NCBI GenBank assembly: GCA_965224705.1
Contig: OZ245056.1
Coordinates: forward strand, 2,400,001-2,464,000
DNA from: Spirochaetaceae bacterium
GTDB lineage: Bacteria > Spirochaetota > Spirochaetia > DSM-2461
Direction: 5' to 3'
DNA length: 64,000 nucleotides
Shown: in pieces, positions 9,410 through 20,002 of the stretch
How the letters are laid out: each line of letters begins with the position of its first letter
Position numbering within the stretch: position 1 is the stretch's first letter
Position numbers and translations under genes: made by a program
Notes under the pieces: generated by a model
Told to the model about the DNA's origin: nothing
Databases searched by the model: none
What the model saw: only the letters and a program-made list of their open reading frames with translations

Positions 9410-10286
9410 TCAGCAGCTGATCATTGATTTTCAGGGCTATCTCAGGCATGAACTGCATGCAGCGAATTCCACGATTGAAACCTATGTTTCGGAAGTTCAA
9501 CGATTTACAGTATGGCTTGATGAATCCGATGCAGGAGATGTGACTGAATCAGAACTTGAGTCCTATATTGTGGCACGGAAAACAACCTGCCTGCTGAGCA
9601 GCAGTACAGTTTCCCGTATCATCAGTTCATTGAAGTCTTTTTTTATCTTCCTGCAGAACACTGGTTACCGAAAAGATAATCCAGCACAGGAGATGCAGCG
9701 CTCCAAAGTTGCAAGGCATTGGCCGGAGGCTCTGGATTCGGCTGATCTGGAAAAATTCTTCAAGTCAATCGACTGGGAAACTCCTCTTGGACTGCGGGAC
9801 AGGGCACTCTTTGAACTGATCTATTCCTGTGGTTTAAGAGTGAGTGAGGCCGTCAGTTTGGAACTGTCTCACATCTCTTTCGAAGAAGGATTAATTCATG
9901 TGTACGGTAAGGGGAACAGGGAAAGACTGGTTCCGTTAGGGGAGGATGCTGAGCAATGGATGAAGCATTATCTTTCATCGGGCAGACCCCATCTGCTCAG
10001 AGGCGTTTCCAGTACCAACCGGGTATTTCTTAATCACAGAGGAGGAGGTTTGAGCCGGAAAGGCATGTGGAAGAGATTTCGTGGGATTGCGGCTATGGCC
10101 GCTGTGGATGGAAAAATTCACTCTCTGAGACATTCCTTTGCAACCCATTTACTGAAGGGGGGAGCCGACTTGAGAAGTGTTCAGGAACTTCTTGGGCATG
10201 TGGATATTGGTACAACTCAGATATATACTCACTTGAATCGGGATGATCTGGCCAGTGCCCATAATGAGTTTTTTCCGAGGAAGTGA
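9402..10286 (+). CDS. xerD: Tyrosine recombinase XerD
   Basis: RDRALFELIYSCGLRVSE, GKGNRERLVP, HSLRHSFATHLL, VQELLGH, TTQIYTH. Start ATG 9402. Confidence 0.9.
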   Translation: MSNQQLIIDFQGYLRHELHAANSTIETYVSEVQRFTVWLDESDAGDVTESELESYIVARKTTCLLSSSTVSRIISSLKSFFIFLQNTGYRKDNPAQEMQRSKVARHWPEALDSADLEKFFKSIDWETPLGLRDRALFELIYSCGLRVSEAVSLELSHISFEEGLIHVYGKGNRERLVPLGEDAEQWMKHYLSSGRPHLLRGVSSTNRVFLNHRGGGLSRKGMWKRFRGIAAMAAVDGKIHSLRHSFATHLLKGGADLRSVQELLGHVDIGTTQIYTHLNRDDLASAHNEFFPRK

Positions 10287-10453
10287 TGAATACGACATTG
10301 GACGATATTCTTTCTGGTTTTGACCTGGCTTTTTCAATTACTGTGGAGGGGATGAGTATTTCAGGCTCCAGGATACATGAACGAAGGATTCCGCTGTGAG
10401 TTTTCGGAGGATCTCTTCACCGGATTCCGGGAGCACGTCTTATAGAGGATCGC

Positions 10454-11200
10454 ATGAGTGTTAATCAAGTTCTTTTTCAGAGAATACTTATGATCAAACT
10501 GCGATGTTTTTTCATTTTACTGATCACAGGACTTATTTCCTGCGGTAAAAATGATAACCGTACAGTTCTGGCAAAGCGGCTGATGGAATTGGAAGGAAAT
10601 CTTGAAGAACCTGAGAGGATCCGGGAATTGAAATTCAAAATAAGAGCTGTAGACTCTGAGGTCGAAAAAACTCTTGAATTGGTAGAAGATAAAGCTACTT
10701 ACTGGCGTTTGCTCGGACTCAAGTACATGGATTATAAAATGTGGGGAAAGGCTGCGGAGGCGTTTGACGAGGCAATAGAATTAACACCTGATCATGCAGT
10801 ATTGCTGTATAGAAAAGCTCTCTGCATCGGACAACTCTCATTGTCCATTGCTGATGAAGAGTTGAAAAGGAAGTATATGGAAGAAGCCAGAAATGGATAT
10901 CAAAGAGTGCTGGCCATTGACCCTCGTTATACACCGGCTATGTACGCCCTGGCCGTTATCTATGTTTTTGAGACCGGAGAGTACTTGAAAGCAGCTGAAT
11001 TGCTGAATAATTTACTTAAAATAGAGAGAAGTGATATTCAAGCTCGTTTTCTGTTAGCAAGAAGCCTTATGGAAATCGGAAAAACAGCGGATGCCCTTGA
11101 TGTTTACAGCGACATTGTACGCAGTGCTGAACGTGATTCAGATAAGAAAAAAGCTGAAGATTTGTATAAGAGGATTCTGGAGGATGCCGATGGAAACTAA
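10454..11200 (+). CDS. TPR-repeat lipoprotein
   Basis: Lipobox-like GLISC after a hydrophobic stretch; several TPR-like helices (AAEAFDEAIELTPDH, YQRVLAIDPRY). Alternative start at 10490. Confidence 0.8.
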   Translation: MSVNQVLFQRILMIKLRCFFILLITGLISCGKNDNRTVLAKRLMELEGNLEEPERIRELKFKIRAVDSEVEKTLELVEDKATYWRLLGLKYMDYKMWGKAAEAFDEAIELTPDHAVLLYRKALCIGQLSLSIADEELKRKYMEEARNGYQRVLAIDPRYTPAMYALAVIYVFETGEYLKAAELLNNLLKIERSDIQARFLLARSLMEIGKTADALDVYSDIVRSAERDSDKKKAEDLYKRILEDADGN

Positions 11201-12191
11201 TCTCCAGTTGGCACTTGCTGTTAACCGCTTCCCGGGCCATCGTGGATGGCTTAAAAAGAAGGTGCTTGAAACGTGTCGCGATGAAACCGACCTGATGGAT
11301 GCTTTTCAGCTCTATCTGTCAAAGATCACTACCTCCAGAAACCGAAAAAAAATAAATCTATCCTGTCTGCTAAAGGAGTCTGAAACTGAAATCACCCGTC
11401 TGAAGAACTGGGGCATCCGGTGCCGTATTCTTGGTGATAGCAGTTATCCAGCCAGCCTTGCCATGATAAGTGATCCACCCCTGGTGCTGTACAGCCGGGG
11501 GGAGTGTTCATGGATGGAGAAACCATGTATTGCCATCGTTGGAACGAGGAGGCCAACGGCCGGAGGTCTGCGGGAAGCATACAAACTTGCCCTGGAATTC
11601 TCCCTTGCAGGGTATCCTGTGGTATCAGGACTGGCTTTTGGAATCGACAGGGCTGCCCATGAAGGGGCACTGGATGGTGGTGGGCCAACCTGGGCCGTTC
11701 TTGCAGGCGGATTGGACAGGCCAAGTCCTGTGTCCCATCGACAACTTGCATCAAGGATACTTGACAGGGGAGGTGCTCTTATGGGGGAGATCTCTCCGGG
11801 CGGTTTCCCGGTTCGGTATGCCTTTCCAAGACGGAATCGTATCCTCAGCGGATTGTGCCGGGGATGTATTGTTGTGCAGGCACCAGAGAAATCAGGAGCC
11901 CTGATTACAGCTGATTTTGCACTGGAACAGGGCCGGGATCTCTATGTTGGATTGTCAGGAATCAGTTTCCCCAACTTCAGGGGAACATGCGAACTTGAAG
12001 AACAGGGGGCTCCAGTGATAAGCAGTGCATCCGATGTTTTGATGGACTGGGGAAAGCCGGGAGATATCCGCTGTGTGCAGGCAGTTTCTGAGCCTCAAAG
12101 TTCAATCGACCTTGTTCGGCTGATCAGGAAGGAATTGGAAGGACGTGTTTTCAAACACATGGGGGGCTGGTTTGAATATCAAGGTGTATGA
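11190..12191 (+). CDS. dprA: DNA-processing protein DprA/Smf
   Basis: YP..L..I.DPP.VLY.RG, AIVGTR, VSGLAFGID.AAH, FPRRNRILSGL, SGALITA.FALEQGR. Confidence 0.95.
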   Translation: METNLQLALAVNRFPGHRGWLKKKVLETCRDETDLMDAFQLYLSKITTSRNRKKINLSCLLKESETEITRLKNWGIRCRILGDSSYPASLAMISDPPLVLYSRGECSWMEKPCIAIVGTRRPTAGGLREAYKLALEFSLAGYPVVSGLAFGIDRAAHEGALDGGGPTWAVLAGGLDRPSPVSHRQLASRILDRGGALMGEISPGGFPVRYAFPRRNRILSGLCRGCIVVQAPEKSGALITADFALEQGRDLYVGLSGISFPNFRGTCELEEQGAPVISSASDVLMDWGKPGDIRCVQAVSEPQSSIDLVRLIRKELEGRVFKHMGGWFEYQGV

Positions 12192-13065
12192 CTGGCTGGA
12201 TCATCTTCGCAATGTCAGAGGTCTGTCGAATGCCACCATCAAAGCGTATACTCAGGATGCTGCCGCCTGGACATCATTTCTGGATCAGCAGGGAATGGAT
12301 ATTGATACCGCTGATCAGATTGAAGCACGATCATTTGTAAACCAGATGTCAGTGGACAATTTATCAGCAACAACTGTGAATCGCAGGCTGTCCGCTCTCA
12401 GAGGATTCTACAGGTGGTGTCACCACCGGGATAATTCATGTACTAATCCATTCAATGGAGTGAAAACCCTCAAACAGGGACGTCAACTCCCCGGGTATTT
12501 AACCTGTGAAGAGATTGATGGAATACTGGACAGTACGGACAGCAGCTTTACAGGGAAGCGGGATAGAGTAATAATTGAATTACTGTACTCAACCGGGTGC
12601 CGTGTTGGAGAACTCTGTGCTCTGAACGTAGCAGATGTTCTTAAACGGCAGATCAAAGTGATGGGGAAGGGATCCCGTGAGCGCTATGTCTTCATCGGTT
12701 TAAGGGCTGAGGAGGCATTGGAAGATTACCTGCCTCTCAGAGAGGAACATGTATCCGATAGTCCTGACAGCCGGATGGCCCTGCTGCTCAATATGAGGGG
12801 CAGGCGATTGACTACCCGGGGTGTTCGATATTTGATAAAGAAGCTGTCAGTTCGGAGTGGAACAGCGAAGGTTGTACATCCTCATACTTTTCGGCATAGC
12901 TTTGCCACTCATATTCACGATGGGGGTGCGAATATCAGAATAGTTCAGGAGCTTTTAGGGCATTCAAGTCTATCGACAACTCAGGTTTATACTCATACGG
13001 GTATAGAACGTATAAAGAAAGTGTACAGAGATGCCCATCCCCATGGGAAAAAATCAAACTGTTAA
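12172..13065 (+). CDS. xerC: Tyrosine recombinase XerC
   Basis: ELLYSTGCRVGEL, MGKGSRER, HPHTFRHSFATH, VQELLGHSSLSTTQVYTH, AHPH. Start uncertain (TTG 12172 or GTG 12184). Confidence 0.88.
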   Translation: MNIKVYDWLDHLRNVRGLSNATIKAYTQDAAAWTSFLDQQGMDIDTADQIEARSFVNQMSVDNLSATTVNRRLSALRGFYRWCHHRDNSCTNPFNGVKTLKQGRQLPGYLTCEEIDGILDSTDSSFTGKRDRVIIELLYSTGCRVGELCALNVADVLKRQIKVMGKGSRERYVFIGLRAEEALEDYLPLREEHVSDSPDSRMALLLNMRGRRLTTRGVRYLIKKLSVRSGTAKVVHPHTFRHSFATHIHDGGANIRIVQELLGHSSLSTTQVYTHTGIERIKKVYRDAHPHGKKSNC

Positions 13066-13074
13066 GAGGTATGA

Positions 13075-13620
13075 ATGGTAGAAATACGGGGAACGACAAT
13101 AGTTGCAGTTCGGAAGGATAATGAAGTGGCCATGGCCGGTGATGGTCAGGTCACTCTGGGTCAGTCCGTTATAATAAAAGGCCTGGCCCAAAAAGTAAGA
13201 CGTCTTTACAACGGGCGTGTTCTGGTGGGTTTCGCTGGATCCACTGCCGATGCATTTACCCTTGAAGAACGCTTTGAGGCTAAATTGAAGGAGTTTGCAG
13301 GGGATGTGACTCGAGCGGCTGTAGAACTGGCCAAAGATTGGCGTACTGACCGCATCCTGCGCCGCCTGGAAGCCATGCTGCTGGTAGCTGATGAAAACCG
13401 GACACTGCTTTTAAGTGGTACAGGGGATGTGATTGAACCGGATGGTGATGTTGCCGCTATTGGCAGCGGCGGGAACTATGCCAGTGCTGCTGCTCGGGCT
13501 TATCTGGATACTTCCAATTTCAATGCGGCTGAAATCGCCCGAAAATCCATGGATATAGCGGCTGATATCTGTGTTTTTACAAACAAGAATATAGTTATGG
13601 AGACATTGCCGAATGAGTAA
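13075..13620 (+). CDS. hslV: ATP-dependent protease subunit HslV
   Basis: [34 protein letters not shown] motifs. Confidence 0.97.
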   Translation: MVEIRGTTIVAVRKDNEVAMAGDGQVTLGQSVIIKGLAQKVRRLYNGRVLVGFAGSTADAFTLEERFEAKLKEFAGDVTRAAVELAKDWRTDRILRRLEAMLLVADENRTLLLSGTGDVIEPDGDVAAIGSGGNYASAAARAYLDTSNFNAAEIARKSMDIAADICVFTNKNIVMETLPNE

Positions 13621-14974
13621 ACTGGATGGATTAACACCACAGGAAATTGTTGACTGGCTGGATCAATACATCATTGGCCAGAATGCCGCTAAGAAAGCTG
13701 TTGCCATTGCTCTGCGGAATCGCCAGCGCCGGGCTGTGCTTCCTGATGATATAAGGGATGAAGTGGCACCGAAAAACATACTGATGATTGGTCCTACTGG
13801 TGTTGGAAAAACAGAAATCGCCCGTCGACTGGCAAAACTTGGCGGAACACCATTCATCAAGGTGGAGGCGACTAAATTCACAGAGGTTGGTTATGTTGGC
13901 CGGGATGTCGAATCCATGGTCCGGGATCTTATCGCCAGGGCCGTATCAATGGTAAAGGATGAAATGAAAACCAGTGTCGAAAAGGCGGCCCATGAAGCCG
14001 CCGAGGAAGCACTTCTGGACATCCTTCTGCCCGGCTCTTCAGTACCACCTCCGGAGGGAGTTAATAGTACTACCCCGGTGGAGCCTGACAGGGGTAAATA
14101 TGCAAGAGAAGTCCTGAGAAAAAAACTCCTGGCCGGTGAACTGGATGACAGACTGGTGGAGATCACAGCAGGTTCCGGTCATCGTCCCCAGGTGGAAGTT
14201 ATTACCGGCTCAGGGATTGAGCAGATGGGATTTGATTTCAGCAGCTTCGGATCATTGTTTCAGGGTCAAAAAAAATCCCGTAAGGTGAAGGTTTCCCAGG
14301 CAAGGGATATTCTTCTAGCAGAGCATCAGGAAAAATTAATTGATTCTGAAAGTGCTGTGGAACTGGCAAGGGAGAAGGTTCAGAATGGCGGAATCATATT
14401 TATTGATGAGATCGATAAAATTGCGGGTAAGGGAGGTCACTCCGATGGACCCAATGTGTCACGGGAAGGGGTTCAAAGAGATATTCTCCCCATTGTAGAA
14501 GGATCCACAGTCAATACGAAATATGGGATGGTGGAAACCGATCATATTTTATTCATTGCCGCCGGTGCTTTCAATCTTTCCAAACCATCCGATCTCATTC
14601 CAGAACTTCAAGGCCGATTTCCTCTCCGAGTTGAACTTGAATCCCTTGATGCGGACGATTTCGAAGTTATTTTGACTTCGCCAAGAAATGCACTGACAAA
14701 GCAATATGTCGAGCTTCTGGCTACTGAAGGAATTGAACTCGAATTTCGGGATGATGCCGTTAAGCAGCTGTCGAAAATTGCAGCTGAAGTCAATGCACAA
14801 ACCGAGAACATTGGTGCCCGGCGGCTTCATACCGTTCTGGAGCATTTGCTGGAAGAGATTTCATTTGATGCCCCCGATCGGAAAGGGGAGAAGATAGTGC
14901 TGACAAAAGAATATGTGGATGAAAGACTGAGTGAAATTGTTGAGGATAGAGATTTATCGCGTTACATCCTCTGA
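13613..14974 (+). CDS. hslU: ATP-dependent protease ATPase HslU
   Basis: [19 protein letters not shown] pore motif, [17 protein letters not shown]-terminal DLSRYIL. Confidence 0.98.
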   Translation: MSKLDGLTPQEIVDWLDQYIIGQNAAKKAVAIALRNRQRRAVLPDDIRDEVAPKNILMIGPTGVGKTEIARRLAKLGGTPFIKVEATKFTEVGYVGRDVESMVRDLIARAVSMVKDEMKTSVEKAAHEAAEEALLDILLPGSSVPPPEGVNSTTPVEPDRGKYAREVLRKKLLAGELDDRLVEITAGSGHRPQVEVITGSGIEQMGFDFSSFGSLFQGQKKSRKVKVSQARDILLAEHQEKLIDSESAVELAREKVQNGGIIFIDEIDKIAGKGGHSDGPNVSREGVQRDILPIVEGSTVNTKYGMVETDHILFIAAGAFNLSKPSDLIPELQGRFPLRVELESLDADDFEVILTSPRNALTKQYVELLATEGIELEFRDDAVKQLSKIAAEVNAQTENIGARRLHTVLEHLLEEISFDAPDRKGEKIVLTKEYVDERLSEIVEDRDLSRYIL

Positions 14975-15040
14975 TATTCTCAGATTGCGGGGAGGGATTG
15001 TCGAAGATGAAGAAGAGGGCAAACCCTTTGGGAGGAAAAA

Positions 15041-15454
15041 ATGGAATATTCCAGTTTGAATCGTACGACGGATCTGTTACTGCGCAGCATGTCTGCGGCC
15101 ACTTTGCGCCGTCAGGTGATAGTAAACAATATGGCTAATGCCGAAACGCCTGGTTTCAAGCGTTCAGAAGTGAGCTTTGAAGCTGAACTTGCCCGCGCAC
15201 TGCGGAGAGAAAAAGGCAATCAGTCAATTGGAGTTACAACCCATGAGAAGCATATTCCATTCACCCAGAATGTTGATTATCGCAGTGTGAAACCAAAAGT
15301 TACTCTGGATTATCTTACTGTGGCTAAGAATAATGGCAACAATGTGGATGGGGAGATCGAATTGAACAACAGCATGAAGAATCAGATGATGTATGAACTG
15401 ATGACCAGCGTTATGGGACACCAGTTTCGAGTAGTGAACCTGGTTATTGAATAG
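15041..15454 (+). CDS. flgB: Flagellar basal-body rod protein FlgB
   Basis: R..VI.NNMANAETPGFK and NGNNVD motifs. Confidence 0.95.
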   Translation: MEYSSLNRTTDLLLRSMSAATLRRQVIVNNMANAETPGFKRSEVSFEAELARALRREKGNQSIGVTTHEKHIPFTQNVDYRSVKPKVTLDYLTVAKNNGNNVDGEIELNNSMKNQMMYELMTSVMGHQFRVVNLVIE

Positions 15455-15468
15455 GAGTGGTCTGATCA

Positions 15469-15927
15469 ATGGGTCTATTTACAACAATTAACACAGCCGC
15501 TTCCGGTTTAACGGCACAACGGCTGCGGCTGGATGTGATCTCTGACAATATTGCGAATGCCAATACAACAAGGACAGCGGAAGGCGGGCCGTACAGACGC
15601 AGCCGAGTCGTATTCAGGCCGAGAACAAAACAAACCTATTGGAGAAGTCCGTTTCTGCCTGATTTTCTCAAGAACAGGGTTGGCGATGGCGTTCGGGTTG
15701 TGTCCATTGAAAAGGATATGGATTCCGATCTGGTTCTCAAATGGGATCCTTCGCATCCGGATGCAATTAAAACAGGCCCGAAAACTGGATACGTTGAACT
15801 TCCCAATGTCAACATTGTCAATGAAATGGTGGATATGATTTCGGCTTCCAGGGCCTATGAAGCCAATATTGCCATCATTGATGGATCCAAGAGTATGTAT
15901 AGAAAAGCACTGGAGATAGGGAGGTAG
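15469..15927 (+). CDS. flgC: Flagellar basal-body rod protein FlgC
   Basis: SGLTAQRLRLDVISDNIANA, GGPYRR, PSHPDA, PNVNIVNEMVDMISASRAYEAN. Confidence 0.97.
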   Translation: MGLFTTINTAASGLTAQRLRLDVISDNIANANTTRTAEGGPYRRSRVVFRPRTKQTYWRSPFLPDFLKNRVGDGVRVVSIEKDMDSDLVLKWDPSHPDAIKTGPKTGYVELPNVNIVNEMVDMISASRAYEANIAIIDGSKSMYRKALEIGR

Positions 15928-15929
15928 TT

Positions 15930-16253
15930 ATGAATCCAGTTTCCCCTGATGGGAATATTGTAAAAATGGAATTGACAGATGCAATGCATCTTAACAGTAC
16001 CGGACAGTTGAATCCGGAGGTGAATACCGATGGAAAGGACTTCAGTACGGTAATAGCGGGTGCTTTCGACAGGGTATCCGACAGGCAGATGGCAGCAAAC
16101 AATATATTTGAACGGATGATAACACATCCTGACGAGGTGGAAATACATGATGTTACGACGGCCATGGCAACAGCTGAAATGAGTGTACGTCTTACGAAGG
16201 CCATAGTTGATAGAGCTGTTAAAGCTTACAATGACATCACTTCAATGAGGTAG
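15930..16253 (+). CDS. fliE: Flagellar hook-basal body protein FliE
   Basis: IHDVTTAMATAEMS...DRAVKAY; follows flgC. Confidence 0.92.
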   Translation: MNPVSPDGNIVKMELTDAMHLNSTGQLNPEVNTDGKDFSTVIAGAFDRVSDRQMAANNIFERMITHPDEVEIHDVTTAMATAEMSVRLTKAIVDRAVKAYNDITSMR

Positions 16254-16309
16254 AAGTATAACAACCATGGGACGGGGAATCCTGTGGCTTGAATGGGAGG
16301 GGAAAGTAC

Positions 16310-18025
16310 ATGCTTGAATGGCTTGAGAATATCTACAGCAGGTTCAAGGAATTCTGGGGGCAATTAGCAGCGATAAAAAAACTGGCCTTTATCGGTATAA
16401 TTGTAATAGTGGCAGGGGCATTTATTCTCCTTGGAGTATTGTCCTCAAGTCCAGTCCAGACAGCGATATTCAATGCGGCGATTACTGATGAGGAGTGGCT
16501 CATACGGATATCGACAGCACTGGATTCTGAAAATATTGATTACAGCAGAGGTGCCGATGGACGCTTCTATACTGAAAATGAAGCAACGGCAAGGTTGGCA
16601 AGAACATTGCTTGTACGGGAAGATCTTATCCCCGGCCAACTGGATCCATGGAATTTCTTCACAAATATGGACCGGTGGACACTCACTGATTTTGATAGAA
16701 ATATAAATTTACAGCGTGCTCTGACAACGAATCTTGAGGAACACATTGCGGCACTGAGCGATGTGGATTCTGCCAAAGTCACTCTTGTCATGCCAGAAAC
16801 ACAGTTCTTTGTAGAAGACCAGAAACCGGTAACGGCATCGGTTATCATCCACCCAAAGCCGGGAAGTGATATCAGCGAGAACAGGAACAAAGTTGAAGGT
16901 ATCGTCAAGCTTATCCAGTTTGCCGTGGAAGGACTGACAGCTGAAAACATAACAATAATGGATTTTCGCGGTACACTGCTCAATGATTACGATTCATTGG
17001 ATGAAGTCGATCGTTTGAATCTTACAACTCGAATGCTCCGTCAGAAAAGAGCACTGGAAGCACAGTATACCGCAGGCATTCTTGAATCCTTGAGCAGTGT
17101 ATTTACACCCTCACGCGTGAATATCGTAAACTTTGACATTGATCTGGAGTTCGTAAAAAAATCGATCGAAACGCAGGAACATTTTCCCGTCACCATGAAA
17201 GAAGATGATCCTGGCACACCCTACAGTGAATTGGAAGTTGCACCATCAATTATTCGCAGTCGGGAAAACACATCAGAGAACTTTGAAGGTACTGGCTTCA
17301 ATCCCGAGGGCCCCCCGGGCCAGGAAGGTCAAACACCGCCCGCATATCAGGATTTAACCAATCTTGTTGGACATTATGAGTCCGACAGGAATATTGAGAA
17401 TTTTGAGATCAACAAGCGAAGCATAATCGAGGAAAAAAGTCCCTATGAGATAAAAAGGATAAGCCTGGGAATGGTTATTGATGGGACATGGGAGACTAAA
17501 TACGATGAAAACAACGATCCCGTCATTTTACCCGATGGCGGACGAGAGCGGGAGTATTCTCCAGTCCCTGAGGAAGTATTGAAACAGGCACAGGACGTTG
17601 TTAAAAGTGCCATTGGTTTCTCTCTGCTTCGGGGAGATGTTGTGACGGTTGAAAACATTCCATTTGATAGAAGTGCTCAATTTGAACTTGAAGATGCTCA
17701 GTGGATGAAAGCACAGCAGACAAGAAAAATAATCGTATGGAGTGTCCTCGGCTTAATCGGAGCTGTTGTACTGTTTGTAATAGCACAGGTCATCAGCAGA
17801 TTCCTTGAAAAACGACAGCGTGACAGAGAAGAACGACTGGCGAGACAACATCAATCCATGCGTGAACAGGCATTACGGGATGCCGTGGATGATGGAATTG
17901 AAATAGAAATGTCCGTAGAAGAAAGAGCACGTCTTGAATTACAGGATAATGCCAAGAGTCTGGCACAGGAATATCCTGAAGATGTAGCTCAACTCCTGAA
18001 AACCTGGATCGCTTCGGAGAAATAA
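16310..18025 (+). CDS. fliF: MS-ring protein FliF
   Basis: Two TMs, SAKVTLVMP, ASVII, AVEGL, C-terminal PEDVAQLLKTW. Confidence 0.95.
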   Translation: MLEWLENIYSRFKEFWGQLAAIKKLAFIGIIVIVAGAFILLGVLSSSPVQTAIFNAAITDEEWLIRISTALDSENIDYSRGADGRFYTENEATARLARTLLVREDLIPGQLDPWNFFTNMDRWTLTDFDRNINLQRALTTNLEEHIAALSDVDSAKVTLVMPETQFFVEDQKPVTASVIIHPKPGSDISENRNKVEGIVKLIQFAVEGLTAENITIMDFRGTLLNDYDSLDEVDRLNLTTRMLRQKRALEAQYTAGILESLSSVFTPSRVNIVNFDIDLEFVKKSIETQEHFPVTMKEDDPGTPYSELEVAPSIIRSRENTSENFEGTGFNPEGPPGQEGQTPPAYQDLTNLVGHYESDRNIENFEINKRSIIEEKSPYEIKRISLGMVIDGTWETKYDENNDPVILPDGGREREYSPVPEEVLKQAQDVVKSAIGFSLLRGDVVTVENIPFDRSAQFELEDAQWMKAQQTRKIIVWSVLGLIGAVVLFVIAQVISRFLEKRQRDREERLARQHQSMREQALRDAVDDGIEIEMSVEERARLELQDNAKSLAQEYPEDVAQLLKTWIASEK

Positions 18026-18028
18026 TCA

Positions 18029-19084
18029 ATGGCTAAGACGAATGAGATGGACAATAGTACAGCTTCTGAATCAGGTGGATCGGTAAACACACTCAATGGG
18101 AAACAGAAATCCGCTATATTTCTTGTAACCATGGGAACTGAGATATCATCTGAAATTTTCAAGCACCTGAAGGATGAGGATATAGAAGTACTGACATGGG
18201 AAATTACAAGACTGGGTGACATCGATTCTGCTGACAGAGATCTTGTTCTTCAGGAATTTCATGCACTGATGCTTGCCCAGGACTTCGTTACATCAGGAGG
18301 TGTCGATTATGCCAGGGAAATTCTTGAAAAATCTATGGGGGCACAGAAATCTGCGGAAATCGTAAGCCGTCTTACCAGTTCTATTAAAACTCGTCCATTT
18401 GACTTCATTCGCCGCACAGATCCAGCGAACCTTCTCAATCTGATTCAGCAGGAACATCCCCAAACTATCGCACTGATTCTCGCCTATCTTGAACCTGCAA
18501 AAGCCTCACAGATCATTGCCCAGCTGAGTCCGGAAAAACAATCGGATGTTGCTAAGAGAATTGCAACAATGGATAGAACCAGTCCAGAGATCTTGAGGGA
18601 AGTTGAAAGGGTCCTGGATAAAAAACTTGCATCGCTTTCACAGGAGGATTATACGGTAGCCGGTGGGGTAGAGAACATTGTTGACATACTCAACCTTGCA
18701 GATAGATCGACTGAAAAGTCCATTATTGAATCATTGGAAGAAGAGGATCCTGAGCTTGCTGAAGAGATCAAAAAACGTATGTTTGTATTTGAAGATATTG
18801 TTATGCTGGACGACAGAGCTATTCAGCGGGTTCTCAGAGAAGTTGATGCCAGTGAATTGTCCAAGGCACTCAGATCTGTAGATTCTGAAGTTCAGGATAA
18901 AATATTCCGAAACATGTCGAAGAGGGCGGCAGTGCTTCTCAAGGAAGATATGGATTATCAGGGACCCACTCGAAAAAAAGATGTGGAAGAATCTCAGCAG
19001 AGAATTGTCGGAATTATAAGGAAACTTGAAGATCAGGGAGACATTGTCATTGCCCGTACTGGCGAGGAGGATGTTCTTGTTTAA
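18029..19084 (+). CDS. fliG: Motor switch protein FliG
   Basis: KSAIFL, GGVDYA, EHPQTIALIL, MFVFED, RNMSKRAA motifs. Confidence 0.98.
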   Translation: MAKTNEMDNSTASESGGSVNTLNGKQKSAIFLVTMGTEISSEIFKHLKDEDIEVLTWEITRLGDIDSADRDLVLQEFHALMLAQDFVTSGGVDYAREILEKSMGAQKSAEIVSRLTSSIKTRPFDFIRRTDPANLLNLIQQEHPQTIALILAYLEPAKASQIIAQLSPEKQSDVAKRIATMDRTSPEILREVERVLDKKLASLSQEDYTVAGGVENIVDILNLADRSTEKSIIESLEEEDPELAEEIKKRMFVFEDIVMLDDRAIQRVLREVDASELSKALRSVDSEVQDKIFRNMSKRAAVLLKEDMDYQGPTRKKDVEESQQRIVGIIRKLEDQGDIVIARTGEEDVLV

Positions 19085-19101
19085 CGGGGCAGGAGTAAGA
19101 T

Positions 19102-20001
19102 ATGGCAAAGAATTTTTTCCAGCATGTGGAAATAGTTGAGCTGACCGGGCAGAAGTTTGAAGTAAAAGCTCCGGTATTCAAAGTCGAAGAACCAGTCTCT
19201 TCAACTCCTTCGGAAGAGGATGTCCTCAGGCAATACAGAGAAGAAGCTGAGGCTTTCAAGAAATCCTGGGAAGCTGAGAAGTTGAAAATGATTGAGCAGG
19301 CTCAGCATGAAGCAGAAAAAATTAGAACGGAAGCTGAGGAATTCTCCAAAGAGATGATGCGTACCAGTGTCGAATCAGCCAATCAGGAGAGACAAAAAGC
19401 TGAAGCTGAAGCAGAGGGAATAAAAGCTGAAGCTGAAGATGCAGCAAAGCGTATTGTGGAAGAGGCCGAAGCCAAACGGAATGAGATGTATGAAGAAACA
19501 CATACCGCTGCCCTGAAAGAGGCAAGTGAGGAAGGATGGAAAGAAGGAAAAGCAGAAGTTGATCGCTTAGTAGAACGCCTCCACAGTATCATCAATTCGT
19601 CAATTCAGAAACGTCGGGAGATAATAGAGGATGTAGAACTTCAGCTCATTGATCTGGTTTTATTGATTTCCCGAAAAGTCATCAAAGTTATCAGTGAAAA
19701 ACAGAAGAATGTTGTTACTCAGAATATAATCCATGCACTTAAGAAGATCAAAGCCCGTGGTGATGTTGCGATTCGAGTTAATCTGGCTGATCTTGAACTG
19801 ACAACCAGGCATACTGAGGATTTCCTGGCCATGGTGGAAAACTCCTCTATCAAGGTTCTTGAGGATTCCTCTGTTGATAGGGGCGGAGCTGTTATTGAAA
19901 CTGATTTTGGACAGATAGATGCACGGATCCATAGTCAACTGCGGGAAATTGAGGAAAAAATTCTGGAGATTATACCCATTAAATCGACCGAGGAAAGTTA
20001 G
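19102..20001 (+). CDS. fliH: Flagellar assembly protein FliH
   Basis: Long Ala/Glu coiled coil; C-terminal DRGGAVIETDFGQIDA. Confidence 0.93.
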   Translation: MAKNFFQHVEIVELTGQKFEVKAPVFKVEEPVSSTPSEEDVLRQYREEAEAFKKSWEAEKLKMIEQAQHEAEKIRTEAEEFSKEMMRTSVESANQERQKAEAEAEGIKAEAEDAAKRIVEEAEAKRNEMYEETHTAALKEASEEGWKEGKAEVDRLVERLHSIINSSIQKRREIIEDVELQLIDLVLLISRKVIKVISEKQKNVVTQNIIHALKKIKARGDVAIRVNLADLELTTRHTEDFLAMVENSSIKVLEDSSVDRGGAVIETDFGQIDARIHSQLREIEEKILEIIPIKSTEES

Positions 20002-20002
20002 C

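Noticed and set aside
9402..13065. Two tyrosine recombinases as a possible integrated element or invertible system
   Set aside because: Both have housekeeping XerD/XerC signatures in the usual ftsZ/dprA/hslVU context. I found no att sites, cargo genes or dif-like site.
14980..15007. Possible sigma28 promoter upstream of flgB (TCAG-N16-GTCGAAGA)
   Set aside because: Too many mismatches to TAAA-N15/16-GCCGATAA to support without TSS data.
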